Below, piece after piece: positions 8,864-17,448 of a stretch of DNA of 42,715 nucleotides (the first letter of the stretch is position 1; each line of letters opens with the position of its first letter). The position numbers were made by a program, and so were the translations under genes. Under the pieces are notes generated by a model. It was not told the origin of the DNA. It saw only the letters and a program-made list of their open reading frames with translations, and did not search any database. Origin of the DNA: a virus (Duplodnaviria; Caudoviricetes); IMG/VR virus record IMGVR_UViG_3300030330_001825, positions 1-42,715 of that record. One strand, written 5' to 3'.

Positions 8864-9183
8864 ACGGTTACTACTCTGTGTTCAATCCTAGAGGCGAAAA
8901 GATTGCTGACTGTGGTATCGAAAGAGATGCAGTTAATCTCATGAGTATGAGAAACCGTCGATGGGATGGACACTACTTTACATTCAATCCTTTGCCTGGA
9001 GACATCGTTGATGTTTCTAACAAACAACTTCCTACAAAAGACATCGTAGTCAATATGGATGGTGGTGTCGGTGGTAGTTGGAAAGAGATTGATTATATCG
9101 AAATTAGTGGTCAAAAGATTGCCACCCAACAAAATCTTCCTCAAAATTGTCAAGAACCATTTATTCCAGATTTACATGACTAA
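8860..9183 (+). CDS. Hypothetical protein
   Basis: 107-aa ORF coupled to gp41. Confidence 0.7.
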   Translation: MNGYYSVFNPRGEKIADCGIERDAVNLMSMRNRRWDGHYFTFNPLPGDIVDVSNKQLPTKDIVVNMDGGVGGSWKEIDYIEISGQKIATQQNLPQNCQEPFIPDLHD

Positions 9184-9583
9184 AGTTGATACTGAAAAAT
9201 ACGTAGAGTTTGTGAAAGGTGTGACCAGCGAACCTAGTCTTGACTATGGTGCAATGGGTTCTCGTCTTGCAGAACTTGAGGTGACTGGAACTAATACGTC
9301 TCAGTTGCTTACTGCCGCCCTTGGTCTCACTGCAGAGTCTGGTGAGTTTACCGAGGTTGTGAAAAAGATTATCTTTCAAGGGAAACCCTACAATGAGGAT
9401 AATGTCTTTCACATGAAGCGTGAACTGGGTGATATCTGTTGGTATCTTGCTCAGGCATGTATGGCACTTGACACCACCTTTGATGAGGTTATTGAGATGA
9501 ATGTTGAGAAACTGGAATCTCGTTATCCTGGTGGTAGTTTTAATGTCCATCAATCAGAAAATCGTAAGGAGGGTGATGTATGA
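9176..9583 (+). CDS. mazG: MazG-like nucleotide pyrophosphohydrolase
   Basis: GLTAESGEFTEVVKK...RELGDICWY...NVEKLESRYP. Confidence 0.95.
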   Translation: MTKVDTEKYVEFVKGVTSEPSLDYGAMGSRLAELEVTGTNTSQLLTAALGLTAESGEFTEVVKKIIFQGKPYNEDNVFHMKRELGDICWYLAQACMALDTTFDEVIEMNVEKLESRYPGGSFNVHQSENRKEGDV

Positions 9584-9753
9584 CTAACAGCAATCAAAGA
9601 CAATGGTCTGTCTGGTACAGTATCAAAGACTGGTTTAAGGGTTTGTTTGAAAGTGAAGCAGAAGCAGTCCTTGATACGTTCGACAACAATCCCCCTCCTG
9701 ATGTAGGTTTTCAACCCTATACTGGTGACGATGCTGAAGCAGGGGAAGGATGA
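9580..9753 (+). CDS. Small acidic hypothetical protein (not in ORF track)
   Basis: MTNSNQRQWSVWYSIKDWFKGLF...EAGEG, 57 aa, ATGA overlaps at both ends. Confidence 0.65.
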   Translation: MTNSNQRQWSVWYSIKDWFKGLFESEAEAVLDTFDNNPPPDVGFQPYTGDDAEAGEG

Positions 9754-9908
9754 TTAACCTTGAACTGAATAGACGTGACGCAATTGTTTTACGTCATCAT
9801 CTTTTCTTATATACAAAAGATCATCCTGGTTTCTTCTCTGATGAAGGTATTCTAAAGATCAGAGAGATTTCACAACAGATAGACAAACAATTGGAGGAAA
9901 ACCTGTGA
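9750..9908 (+). CDS. Small hypothetical protein (not in ORF track), paralog of the next gene
   Basis: MINLELNRRDAIVLRHHLFLYTKDH...IREISQQIDKQLEENL, 52 aa. Confidence 0.7.
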   Translation: MINLELNRRDAIVLRHHLFLYTKDHPGFFSDEGILKIREISQQIDKQLEENL

Positions 9909-10105
9909 GTTGCGATATCAATATTGATATAAAACTAAATATTCATCAAGCGGCACTTATCCGGGAATATTTGTTTCTACATACCAAACAAGATAGTTAC
10001 GAATTTCCATCACAGAGAACCCTAATGATCCGCGATTTCATTCTAAAGTTGGATGAACAAATTGAAGCAAACCTACCAGAGGACCATGATCATGAAGGAC
10101 TATGA
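9905..10105 (+). CDS. Hypothetical protein
   Basis: GTG start with GGAGG RBS; LFLHTK..IRD..LDEQIEANL. Confidence 0.7.
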   Translation: MSCDINIDIKLNIHQAALIREYLFLHTKQDSYEFPSQRTLMIRDFILKLDEQIEANLPEDHDHEGL

Positions 10106-10346
10106 TCCATTGACAGCAGAAGAAGTTAACGAAGCATCAAAAGACTTCTTTCCCCTCTTTGACATCGTTCATCGCAACATGCCAGAGAACTGCACAGTCG
10201 AAGACACTCTTAAAGTAATGGAGAGTGTATGTAAGTTGGCACACAAGAAACGTGCTGCTGATGAAATCCCCCACGCACCTTTTGGATTTAACAAAAAAGA
10301 TGACGGAAACGCAACAGAAACAAAAGAGGAAGTCGCAGCTGAGTGA
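10086..10346 (+). CDS. Hypothetical protein
   Basis: MIMKDYDPLTAEE...VEDTLKVMESVCKLAHKKRA; GAGG upstream; start uncertain. Confidence 0.7.
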   Translation: MIMKDYDPLTAEEVNEASKDFFPLFDIVHRNMPENCTVEDTLKVMESVCKLAHKKRAADEIPHAPFGFNKKDDGNATETKEEVAAE

Positions 10347-10602
10347 CTCCTTTGGCGGAACAGTAGAAAAGGACATCCCAGAAAATGTTGAGTGGATCGA
10401 TGATGCTTTCTACATCAAGGAAACTCGTTTTGGTCTCTACACCAGTATTCTGAAAGAACCACTGGGTCAACATTTTATTACTGGTGCAACTAAAGATGGT
10501 GTAATCAGCATCTCTCGCTGGCATCTTATGTGCCTACAAGAAGGTACACTTGATGATTACACCAAGATTATTAACAGTGGTGTCGTCGGAGGCAAACTCT
10601 GA
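10300..10602 (+). CDS. Conserved cyanophage hypothetical protein
   Basis: WIDDAFYIKETRFGLYTS...NSGVVGGKL; start uncertain. Confidence 0.7.
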   Translation: MTETQQKQKRKSQLSDSFGGTVEKDIPENVEWIDDAFYIKETRFGLYTSILKEPLGQHFITGATKDGVISISRWHLMCLQEGTLDDYTKIINSGVVGGKL

Positions 10603-10612
10603 CGCCTTTTTC

Positions 10613-10685
10613 GGGGTTATAGCTCAACTGGTAGAGCGCCTGCTTTGCACGCAGGAGGTTTGGGGTTCGAGTCCCCATAACTCCA
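10613..10685 (+). tRNA. trnA: tRNA-Ala(UGC)
   Basis: GGGGTTA/TAACTCC acceptor stem with G3:U70; anticodon arm CCTGC-TTTGCAC-GCAGG; GGTTCGAGTCC T-arm. Confidence 0.95.
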
Positions 10686-10712
10686 TTCTAAATACTTAGA
10701 AAGTCTAAGTTG

Positions 10713-12032
10713 ATGGCAAAGAAAAAAACCAGTAAAGACGTAGCTTCTGCAACGATGACTCGTATGCAGGAGTTGGGATCCGCTTGGGTATTTAAAAGAG
10801 CCATACAGGATAACATATCTTTTAAGAGTGCTAATGATATTGTTAATGACAAAAAAACGTATGATCAATTAGTTGATATTTGGAAAAAAGTTGGAAAGGT
10901 TGAATGGGATGATGAAATCGATGGTGAATGGGTAATTAATTTTTATAAACAGCAAAAAACTCTTTTAGCAAAAATAGGAAAACCAAATTTCACTGAGTTT
11001 TGCCGAGATGGTGGAACTGGAAATGATTATATTTTACCTGGATCTAAATCCGGTACAACCTTTATGGAGTGGGTTAGTGATTTGGTAAAAGAAGAGTTTG
11101 AGATAGGTCAAAAAGATAATTGGAATCCTGCCGATATTTGGTTGATTCAAGATGAGATGAAATGGAGAAAGAAAATCCAAGAGTCTTTTAATCAAAAAAG
11201 AGATCCGACTGCATCTATAGAATCTGAATTGGCAAAATTTAATGCAATATTCAGAGCTCTTTTTAGATCTAAACAAATAATAGGTATTTCTTTAAAAAAA
11301 ATTGGTAGTGGTCCTGCACAATTTAAGGAAGTCAATGTAAGTGGAAAATTCTTTAAAACACTTAAATCAACTAAAATGAGTCTTGAGAGTGCAAAATGCC
11401 TTCTTGGTACAAAAAGAATTGATCCCAAAAAAGCGAAGAAGGATATTGAAAGAGGAAAACCAAGAGGAGCTCCAGGAGCTGCTACTCTGACACAAGACAC
11501 TGTTTTGACTATTGATGATCCTGGAATAGTTAGTGGAAAGAGAATAAAGTATACAGTTCAAATTAAAGCAAACGATTCTACAAAATTTTCTAACTTGAAA
11601 TGGGAACCAACGATAGTTGGTAGAGGTGCTGCACGATTAGGGAAAGCAACTGTGGAGTTGGTTTTGGATTTAATGAAAGTCTATGGAATTCTAAGACTTT
11701 ATGAACCTGATAATAAAAAATTTCCCAGAAATAAAACTGAATTTAAAGAATATGAGGATGACTATAGACAAATAATTGATGAATTAATTCGAGATAGATT
11801 TGTTGATCTGGGATCTGGTGTTGATGTTGAAACCGCTATTGTTAACATCAAAGAAACTTTTGATGTTTATCGTGGGCAACCTTGGGTTGCAGTATCTAAA
11901 TTGCAGCAATTAAGATTTTTGTATGCTTTAATGACACTTCCAGAGAAAAAAAGAGATGAATTTGTGACTTCATTAGTTTTTACTGCTGAAAAGGCTGGTA
12001 AAAGATATGGACCTTACGGAAAATTGTATTGA
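10713..12032 (+). CDS. Putative PD-(D/E)xK-fold nuclease
   Basis: QELGS...KDNWNPADIWLI...IIGISLKK; preceded by TAAATA (10689); visibly A-rich codon usage. Confidence 0.6.
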   Translation: MAKKKTSKDVASATMTRMQELGSAWVFKRAIQDNISFKSANDIVNDKKTYDQLVDIWKKVGKVEWDDEIDGEWVINFYKQQKTLLAKIGKPNFTEFCRDGGTGNDYILPGSKSGTTFMEWVSDLVKEEFEIGQKDNWNPADIWLIQDEMKWRKKIQESFNQKRDPTASIESELAKFNAIFRALFRSKQIIGISLKKIGSGPAQFKEVNVSGKFFKTLKSTKMSLESAKCLLGTKRIDPKKAKKDIERGKPRGAPGAATLTQDTVLTIDDPGIVSGKRIKYTVQIKANDSTKFSNLKWEPTIVGRGAARLGKATVELVLDLMKVYGILRLYEPDNKKFPRNKTEFKEYEDDYRQIIDELIRDRFVDLGSGVDVETAIVNIKETFDVYRGQPWVAVSKLQQLRFLYALMTLPEKKRDEFVTSLVFTAEKAGKRYGPYGKLY

Positions 12033-12061
12033 TAAATAATGTATAGGAATTATCAATATAG

Positions 12062-13285
12062 ATGAAAAGTTTACTTCAGTTCCTGAGTGAAGCGTCTGCT
12101 GCAAGTATGCAGGCGAAGAAGTTAAATCTGAAGAGTGATGGTCACGGTGGTTGGTTAGACACCCGTGGAAAGTTTGTGGCAACTACCGAAGACGGTAAGT
12201 TGAAGTTTTTAGATAAGAAGAAACCAAAAGGTCAAGAAGAACCGACTGGTAAACCAAGAGCAGCAGCACAACCAGAACCCAAGGCAGAACCAAAGAAAGG
12301 GGCCCCAGAAGCAACTGATAAGAAATCAGCAACTCCAGCTGGAGGTGAAGAAGGTTCTAAAGGATCTGAAGATACTCTGACCATGGCATTTGGTCGTTTT
12401 AATCCTCCTACAGTTGGACACGGCAAACTTCTTGCTGCAGCAAAGAAAGCAGCATCTGGTGGAGACTTAAAGATCTATCCTTCTAGAACTCAGGATCCTA
12501 AGAAGAATCCTCTTGACCCTGACATGAAGATTTCATTTATGAAGAAGATGTTCCCTGATTATTCGGAGAACATTGTCAACGATGATGAAATGAAGTCTAT
12601 CTTTAATGTTCTTACTACTGCTGGAGAACAGGGATATAAGAACGTTAATATCATCGTAGGTTCAGATCGTCAGTCTGAGTTTGAGAACTTGGCAACCAAG
12701 TATAATGGTGAATTATATGACTTTGATCAAATCCGTGTCATCTCTGCTGGTGTAAGAGATGCAGATGCTGCAGGTGTTGAGGGTATGTCAGCATCTAAAA
12801 TGAGAAAGGCAGTTGTTGATGACGACTTTGATGCTTTCCGTCGTGGAACTCCAAAGGATCTTGACGACGGTGATACCCAGGCACTGTTTGATGCAGTTCG
12901 TTCTGGAATGGGTGTAAAGAAAAAGAAAGAAGTTGCAGAGATGTGGGAGATTGCACCAAAGTATGATCCCAAAGGATTGAGAGATCATTATGTTTCTGGT
13001 CAAATCTTTAATCTTGGTGATATTGTAGAGAACTTAAATACTGGTTTGATCGGTGAGATTGTTCGTCGCGGAACTAATCATCTTATTTGTGTAACCAAAG
13101 AAAACTACATGTTTAAGTCCTGGATCCGTGATGTCATGGAAGCAGTTGTAAACTACCCAGGACCATCGGGTGTTGATTCTGATCAGAGACTTGTCGGAAC
13201 TGATGCACATCGTAAGTATGTGATGAGAATGACTGGGACTACTGATATCAAGAACTTCATAAATAAATTTAAGGCTAAAAAGTAA
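12062..13285 (+). CDS. HxGH cytidyltransferase-like nucleotidyltransferase with N- and C-terminal extensions
   Basis: FGRFNPPTVGHGKL, IIVGSDR, SAGVRD, GMSASKMR; late promoter TAAATA at 12033; N-terminus MKSLLQFLSE. Confidence 0.9.
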   Translation: MKSLLQFLSEASAASMQAKKLNLKSDGHGGWLDTRGKFVATTEDGKLKFLDKKKPKGQEEPTGKPRAAAQPEPKAEPKKGAPEATDKKSATPAGGEEGSKGSEDTLTMAFGRFNPPTVGHGKLLAAAKKAASGGDLKIYPSRTQDPKKNPLDPDMKISFMKKMFPDYSENIVNDDEMKSIFNVLTTAGEQGYKNVNIIVGSDRQSEFENLATKYNGELYDFDQIRVISAGVRDADAAGVEGMSASKMRKAVVDDDFDAFRRGTPKDLDDGDTQALFDAVRSGMGVKKKKEVAEMWEIAPKYDPKGLRDHYVSGQIFNLGDIVENLNTGLIGEIVRRGTNHLICVTKENYMFKSWIRDVMEAVVNYPGPSGVDSDQRLVGTDAHRKYVMRMTGTTDIKNFINKFKAKK

Positions 13286-13297
13286 GATAGTATTACC

Positions 13298-15214
13298 ATG
13301 TCAGAAACAAATCTGAACGATCTTTCCAAAGTTTATCAAGATCAAATTGCTGAGAAGAAAAAGGACGATACCTATCTCGAACCTGACATGAAGAAGCGTC
13401 AGGCAAATAACGAGAAGGCACGTAAAGATCTCATGAAGGGTCCTCAAATGAAGAACCCTCACTTTGAGGAGAAGCAACTTGATCCTGTAGGTCAAGAAGA
13501 TGGTGATGTCAATAACGACGGCAAGAAGGACAGCACTGATAAGTATCTGATGAAGCGTCGTAAGGCGATTGGTAAGGCAATGAAGAAAGAATCATTCATC
13601 TCTTCTAACTGGAGAAATGATCTTTCTGAAGTAATTAACGACATTGAGTCAAAACCTATCAAAGAAAAGAAGGTAAGTAATAAGGTTAAAATCAACCCCA
13701 CGATGGGAGAGGCAGTTGAGGAGATGGGTGGAACTCTCCTTGAGGAGATCGAAGTTGATGAGTTTGAGGGTATTGTAGAAGGAGTATATGATGAACTGAT
13801 TGAGGAAGGATACTCTGAAGATGATGTAGAGTCTGCACTTGAGCAAGCTCTTATTGAAGCAACTGTAACTATGGGTCATGACTCATATGGTCCTCAAAAG
13901 GCAGCACCCAAACCTGCTGAAAGAACCAGAGACAAACTCAAGAAGAAAGCAAAAGGATTCCTTGGTAAAGTTGCTGTTAAGGCATACAACAAAGCAAGAG
14001 AAGCAAAGGCAGCAGCAACACCTGCAGTGCAAAGAGCAAAGACATCAGCAAAACGTGGCATCAAAAAAGCAGTTAAGCAAGGTGCTATAAATGTAGCTCG
14101 TGGTGCTGATAGGGTTCAATATGCGGCTGCTAAGGTGGCCAGAAAAATGAGTGAAGAAATCATGGGCGAAGCAGTCTATGGTGGCACTAAGAAACCAGCA
14201 CCTACTGACAAGCGTTTAACTGTTACCAATGCTGATAAGGCAGGTAATACTCCTGCATATCAAGCATACAAAGCAGGCGACAAGCGTTATAAGGCTGCTG
14301 ACCATATGAAAGAAGGTGTTCGTGATGTAGATCCTGAAAAGGGAACTGCAGAGCGTAAGGCACGTCTTGAGAAAAAGCGTGGCATGAAGATGGATGACCA
14401 TCCTCAGTACAAAAAAGAAGAAGTTGAGGTTGATGAAGCAATGTCCTCTTATGATAGAAATCGTAAGAGAGCAGCACAAAGAGCAGCAGAAAGAAATGCT
14501 GCCCGTGCCGCAGGCAAGACTGGTGTAGTTCCTGGTGTTGGTTATGTATCTCCTAGAAAGGAGAGAGAAACTTATGTTGATTCCGCAGGCACAACCAGAC
14601 ATAAGTCAGGTGCCAAAATGGAAGAAGTTGAGCAGGTAGATGAACTCTACAAGGGTAAGCACGGTCAGTCTGAAAAAGAGTATCAGGATTCTCGTTCTGA
14701 CGGTGGTAAGATGGTGTCAGGTGATTCCAAGCGCAGTGGTGCTGCATACTCTTCCCGCGCAATAAAGAACACTGGTCCTAATCCTGCAGGTGGTTCTAAG
14801 AAACCCCAAGGTCAAGGACGCATGACTAGTGGTGCCCGTGCTGATCTTCAGTATCGTAAGGCAAATATGAGAAAAGAAGAGGCAGCAATGTCTCCTCAAG
14901 AGGTTTCTCTTCAGAAAAAGAAAGCAATGATTGATAAGATGATTGCTTCCAAGAGAATGCAAGGACTGAAAAACGCAAAAAAGTCTGAAGCACCCACCAA
15001 AGCGATGGGTGAAGCAAAGGAACTGAGTGTAGATGCCCAGATGAAAATCTCTAGGGAGCATAATAGAAAGTCACCTGAGGAAAAGTTGGCAGCAAACAAA
15101 AAGGCACTTGGCACTATTAAAAAAGTAAAACGTGAGAAGGACACCAGAACTGATGCTCAGAAGATGACCGATGCTACTGGTCCTCGTCCTGGTTCCCGTT
15201 ACAGAGGTGACTGA
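13298..15214 (+). CDS. Large Lys/Glu-rich modular protein, probable internal head protein
   Basis: 638 aa; basic blocks separated by (I/V/M/L)xE motifs; ATAAATA at 13259. Confidence 0.75.
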   Translation: MSETNLNDLSKVYQDQIAEKKKDDTYLEPDMKKRQANNEKARKDLMKGPQMKNPHFEEKQLDPVGQEDGDVNNDGKKDSTDKYLMKRRKAIGKAMKKESFISSNWRNDLSEVINDIESKPIKEKKVSNKVKINPTMGEAVEEMGGTLLEEIEVDEFEGIVEGVYDELIEEGYSEDDVESALEQALIEATVTMGHDSYGPQKAAPKPAERTRDKLKKKAKGFLGKVAVKAYNKAREAKAAATPAVQRAKTSAKRGIKKAVKQGAINVARGADRVQYAAAKVARKMSEEIMGEAVYGGTKKPAPTDKRLTVTNADKAGNTPAYQAYKAGDKRYKAADHMKEGVRDVDPEKGTAERKARLEKKRGMKMDDHPQYKKEEVEVDEAMSSYDRNRKRAAQRAAERNAARAAGKTGVVPGVGYVSPRKERETYVDSAGTTRHKSGAKMEEVEQVDELYKGKHGQSEKEYQDSRSDGGKMVSGDSKRSGAAYSSRAIKNTGPNPAGGSKKPQGQGRMTSGARADLQYRKANMRKEEAAMSPQEVSLQKKKAMIDKMIASKRMQGLKNAKKSEAPTKAMGEAKELSVDAQMKISREHNRKSPEEKLAANKKALGTIKKVKREKDTRTDAQKMTDATGPRPGSRYRGD

Positions 15215-16071
15215 TGCCTGCCGTATCTAAAAAGCAGCAACGATTCTTTGGAATAGTTCGTGCCATCCAAAAAGGTGAGATGGCACCTACTACTCCTGAG
15301 ACTGCGAAGGCAGCTGCTGACATGAAGAAGAGTGATGTGAAAGACTTTGCATCAACCAAGCATAAGAAACTTCCTGAGAAGAAAGTTTCAAAAGAAGCAG
15401 CAGATTTTTCTCAGAGAGATAATATTATGAAGAAGGCGAAGCCCCTTCATAAACATCTATTCAAGAATCTCCACAAAGGAGATAGAAAAGGTGATGTTAA
15501 CGAGGAATCAAATCCTCGTATTCCTAGAAAGAAAGGTCAACCTGCAAACTCTAAGAAGCATTCTGATCTCTATACTGATGAGAATCCCAAGGGAACTATT
15601 CACGGTTTAGGTTTTAAGGATGTTGCTACTGCTAAAGCATCTGTTTCTAAGATTCGTAATTCATCTAGATCTCATGCTCACAAGATCCAGGCAGCAGTTG
15701 CTATGGAACAGAGAGCAAGAGAAATGGGTAAGACTTCGGAAGCGGCGGTCTATAGAAAGTTCATCAACACTATGAAGAAGAAGACCAAGAAAATGAATGA
15801 AGGTTGGTCTGATAAGTATAAGAAGTCTATAGATTGTAAAAATCCTAAGGGGTTTTCTCAAAGAGCACATTGTCAAGGCAGGAAAAAAGTTTCTGAAGAA
15901 ACTAAGTACGATAGGTACGATAAAGAGAAGAAACAGTTTGCCAAGGCAGATAAAAAGATGAAGTTTGGTAAGTTCTACTCTAAAGCAAAAGAAGCAAGAG
16001 ATCGCCTTCGTCCCGGTGAAGTAAAACGTTATGATAAAAAGTTAGGAAGGTACGTTTCTAATAAAGATTGA
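15214..16071 (+). CDS. Basic modular protein, probable internal head protein
   Basis: MPAVSKKQQRFFG...; modules begin after VSKE, VNEE, MNE and VSEE. Confidence 0.75.
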   Translation: MPAVSKKQQRFFGIVRAIQKGEMAPTTPETAKAAADMKKSDVKDFASTKHKKLPEKKVSKEAADFSQRDNIMKKAKPLHKHLFKNLHKGDRKGDVNEESNPRIPRKKGQPANSKKHSDLYTDENPKGTIHGLGFKDVATAKASVSKIRNSSRSHAHKIQAAVAMEQRAREMGKTSEAAVYRKFINTMKKKTKKMNEGWSDKYKKSIDCKNPKGFSQRAHCQGRKKVSEETKYDRYDKEKKQFAKADKKMKFGKFYSKAKEARDRLRPGEVKRYDKKLGRYVSNKD

Positions 16072-16099
16072 TATATAGAATATACAAACGAGGTTCATC

Positions 16100-16303
16100 A
16101 TGCTTTCATTCTTACTCCCATTAGCAGCAAAGGTAATTAAAGATGCCGTCGCCCAGATTCCGGAAAATGAGGAACTCGGTGAGAAGTTGGTTGAGATCTG
16201 TCTTGTTATCTTGGGTAAAGCGGTTAAGCTGACCAAGACTGACATGGATGATCAACTTTTAGAAGTTGTTAAGAAAGCGATGGTCGCCCGCGAAGAGGGT
16301 TGA
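16100..16303 (+). CDS. Conserved hypothetical protein
   Basis: GAGG RBS; KAVKLTKTDMDDQLL. Confidence 0.8.
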   Translation: MLSFLLPLAAKVIKDAVAQIPENEELGEKLVEICLVILGKAVKLTKTDMDDQLLEVVKKAMVAREEG

Positions 16304-16362
16304 TCTGCAATCTATCCCTTTTATAAATATTAATTAGCAAAACATTTTATAGAGAACGAGAC

Positions 16363-16881
16363 ATGGCACTTTGGGGCAATAAAGACAATATAACCTCAGC
16401 TGGCACCGTAGGTCTTAACTACTCCACTGGTGTTGTCACTGGTAGTGGAACTGCCTTTGGAGCAGCTGGTTCGGCGCAGGTTGGTGACGTAATCAGATTT
16501 ACAAAGTCTGGTACTTACTATGGCGATGCTGTAATTAAGTCGATTGCAAGCGCAACTTCATGCACCATCGGTTCTACCGCAGGTTTGAGTGGTGCTGCTA
16601 TCGCAGGATCAGATTTCACCATCAGTCAACTTCCAAAATACACTGTTCTTGATCGCACTTTTAGTGAGACCAGAACTGATGCCGATGTTCGCGTTTATGG
16701 TGTTGCTGCACTTGGCGCAGAAGTAACTAATCAGACCATCTATGAAGCTGATACAGGATGGGTTGGCGTTTCTACTTACGTAGATATGCACGGAACCCTG
16801 AGAGTTAAGAAAGAAACTCTTGTTGCAATGTCTGGTATCTCTACTGGTAACGCACCTGTATACGGCAACCCACCTGCTTGA
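16363..16881 (+). CDS. Probable virion structural protein
   Basis: TATAAATA at 16322; MALWGNKD start, G/S/T/A-rich, C-terminal RVKKETLVAM. Confidence 0.7.
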   Translation: MALWGNKDNITSAGTVGLNYSTGVVTGSGTAFGAAGSAQVGDVIRFTKSGTYYGDAVIKSIASATSCTIGSTAGLSGAAIAGSDFTISQLPKYTVLDRTFSETRTDADVRVYGVAALGAEVTNQTIYEADTGWVGVSTYVDMHGTLRVKKETLVAMSGISTGNAPVYGNPPA

Positions 16882-16888
16882 TTAGTGT

Positions 16889-17269
16889 ATGCATTTTAAT
16901 GAATTGAATGAGGATAACTTCCTTCTCTTTGCTATTCAGCATTATGAAAACCCTCAAGCAGTCACTAAAGATGATTTTGATAAGGATCTGAATCATTTTA
17001 AATATATCAAAAGATTATTGAAACGATATAAGAATACGGGTCAGTTAAAGACTCATCTTCTTTTAAATCATTTCATTATTCTTTATAACATCTTTGGTGA
17101 AGCAACAACCCCGATGCTGTTCTTTAAAATCGAAAAGGATTTGTGGTCTTCCATGAAAACATTCGTGTTATTTCTTGGAAGACTTCCTGAGTATCCGAAA
17201 ACATTCATGCATGATGTTGCCGTTGATATGAATTGTTTGGAGAAATTGCAAAAAATTTACGAGGAATAA
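16889..17269 (+). CDS. Conserved T4-like hypothetical protein
   Basis: NFLLFAIQHYENP...FKYIKRLL...LLLNHFIILYNIFG. Confidence 0.8.
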   Translation: MHFNELNEDNFLLFAIQHYENPQAVTKDDFDKDLNHFKYIKRLLKRYKNTGQLKTHLLLNHFIILYNIFGEATTPMLFFKIEKDLWSSMKTFVLFLGRLPEYPKTFMHDVAVDMNCLEKLQKIYEE

Positions 17270-17448
17270 TGAAAACCTTTTTACAATTTCAGGAACAAGC
17301 AATGGCAGCTCCTACTAATAATGTGGGTAGTGGTAACATTGCAGGGACTGTTGAGGCAGGGGATGATCCTCCGGTGAAGAAGAGAAAGAAATATATCTAC
17401 CAAAAGGGTGTACGTAAAATCTGGAAACCTGATGGAAGAAGAAGTTAA
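17269..17448 (+). CDS. Small protein with capsid-targeting-like N-terminus
   Basis: MKTFLQFQE-QAMAAPTNNVGSGNIAG...DDPPVKKRKK; GAGG RBS; TAATG coupling. Confidence 0.7.
   Translation: MKTFLQFQEQAMAAPTNNVGSGNIAGTVEAGDDPPVKKRKKYIYQKGVRKIWKPDGRRS

Noticed and set aside
10613-10685. tRNA-Ala as an integration site (att) for the adjacent AT-rich gene
   Set aside because: No duplicated tRNA 3' end was seen downstream and no integrase is present in the window.
12062-13285. Cytidyltransferase as the CCA-adding enzyme for the CCA-less tRNAs
   Set aside because: It has the HxGH Rossmann-like signature, not the pol-beta GGxxRD/DxD motifs of CCA-adding enzymes.
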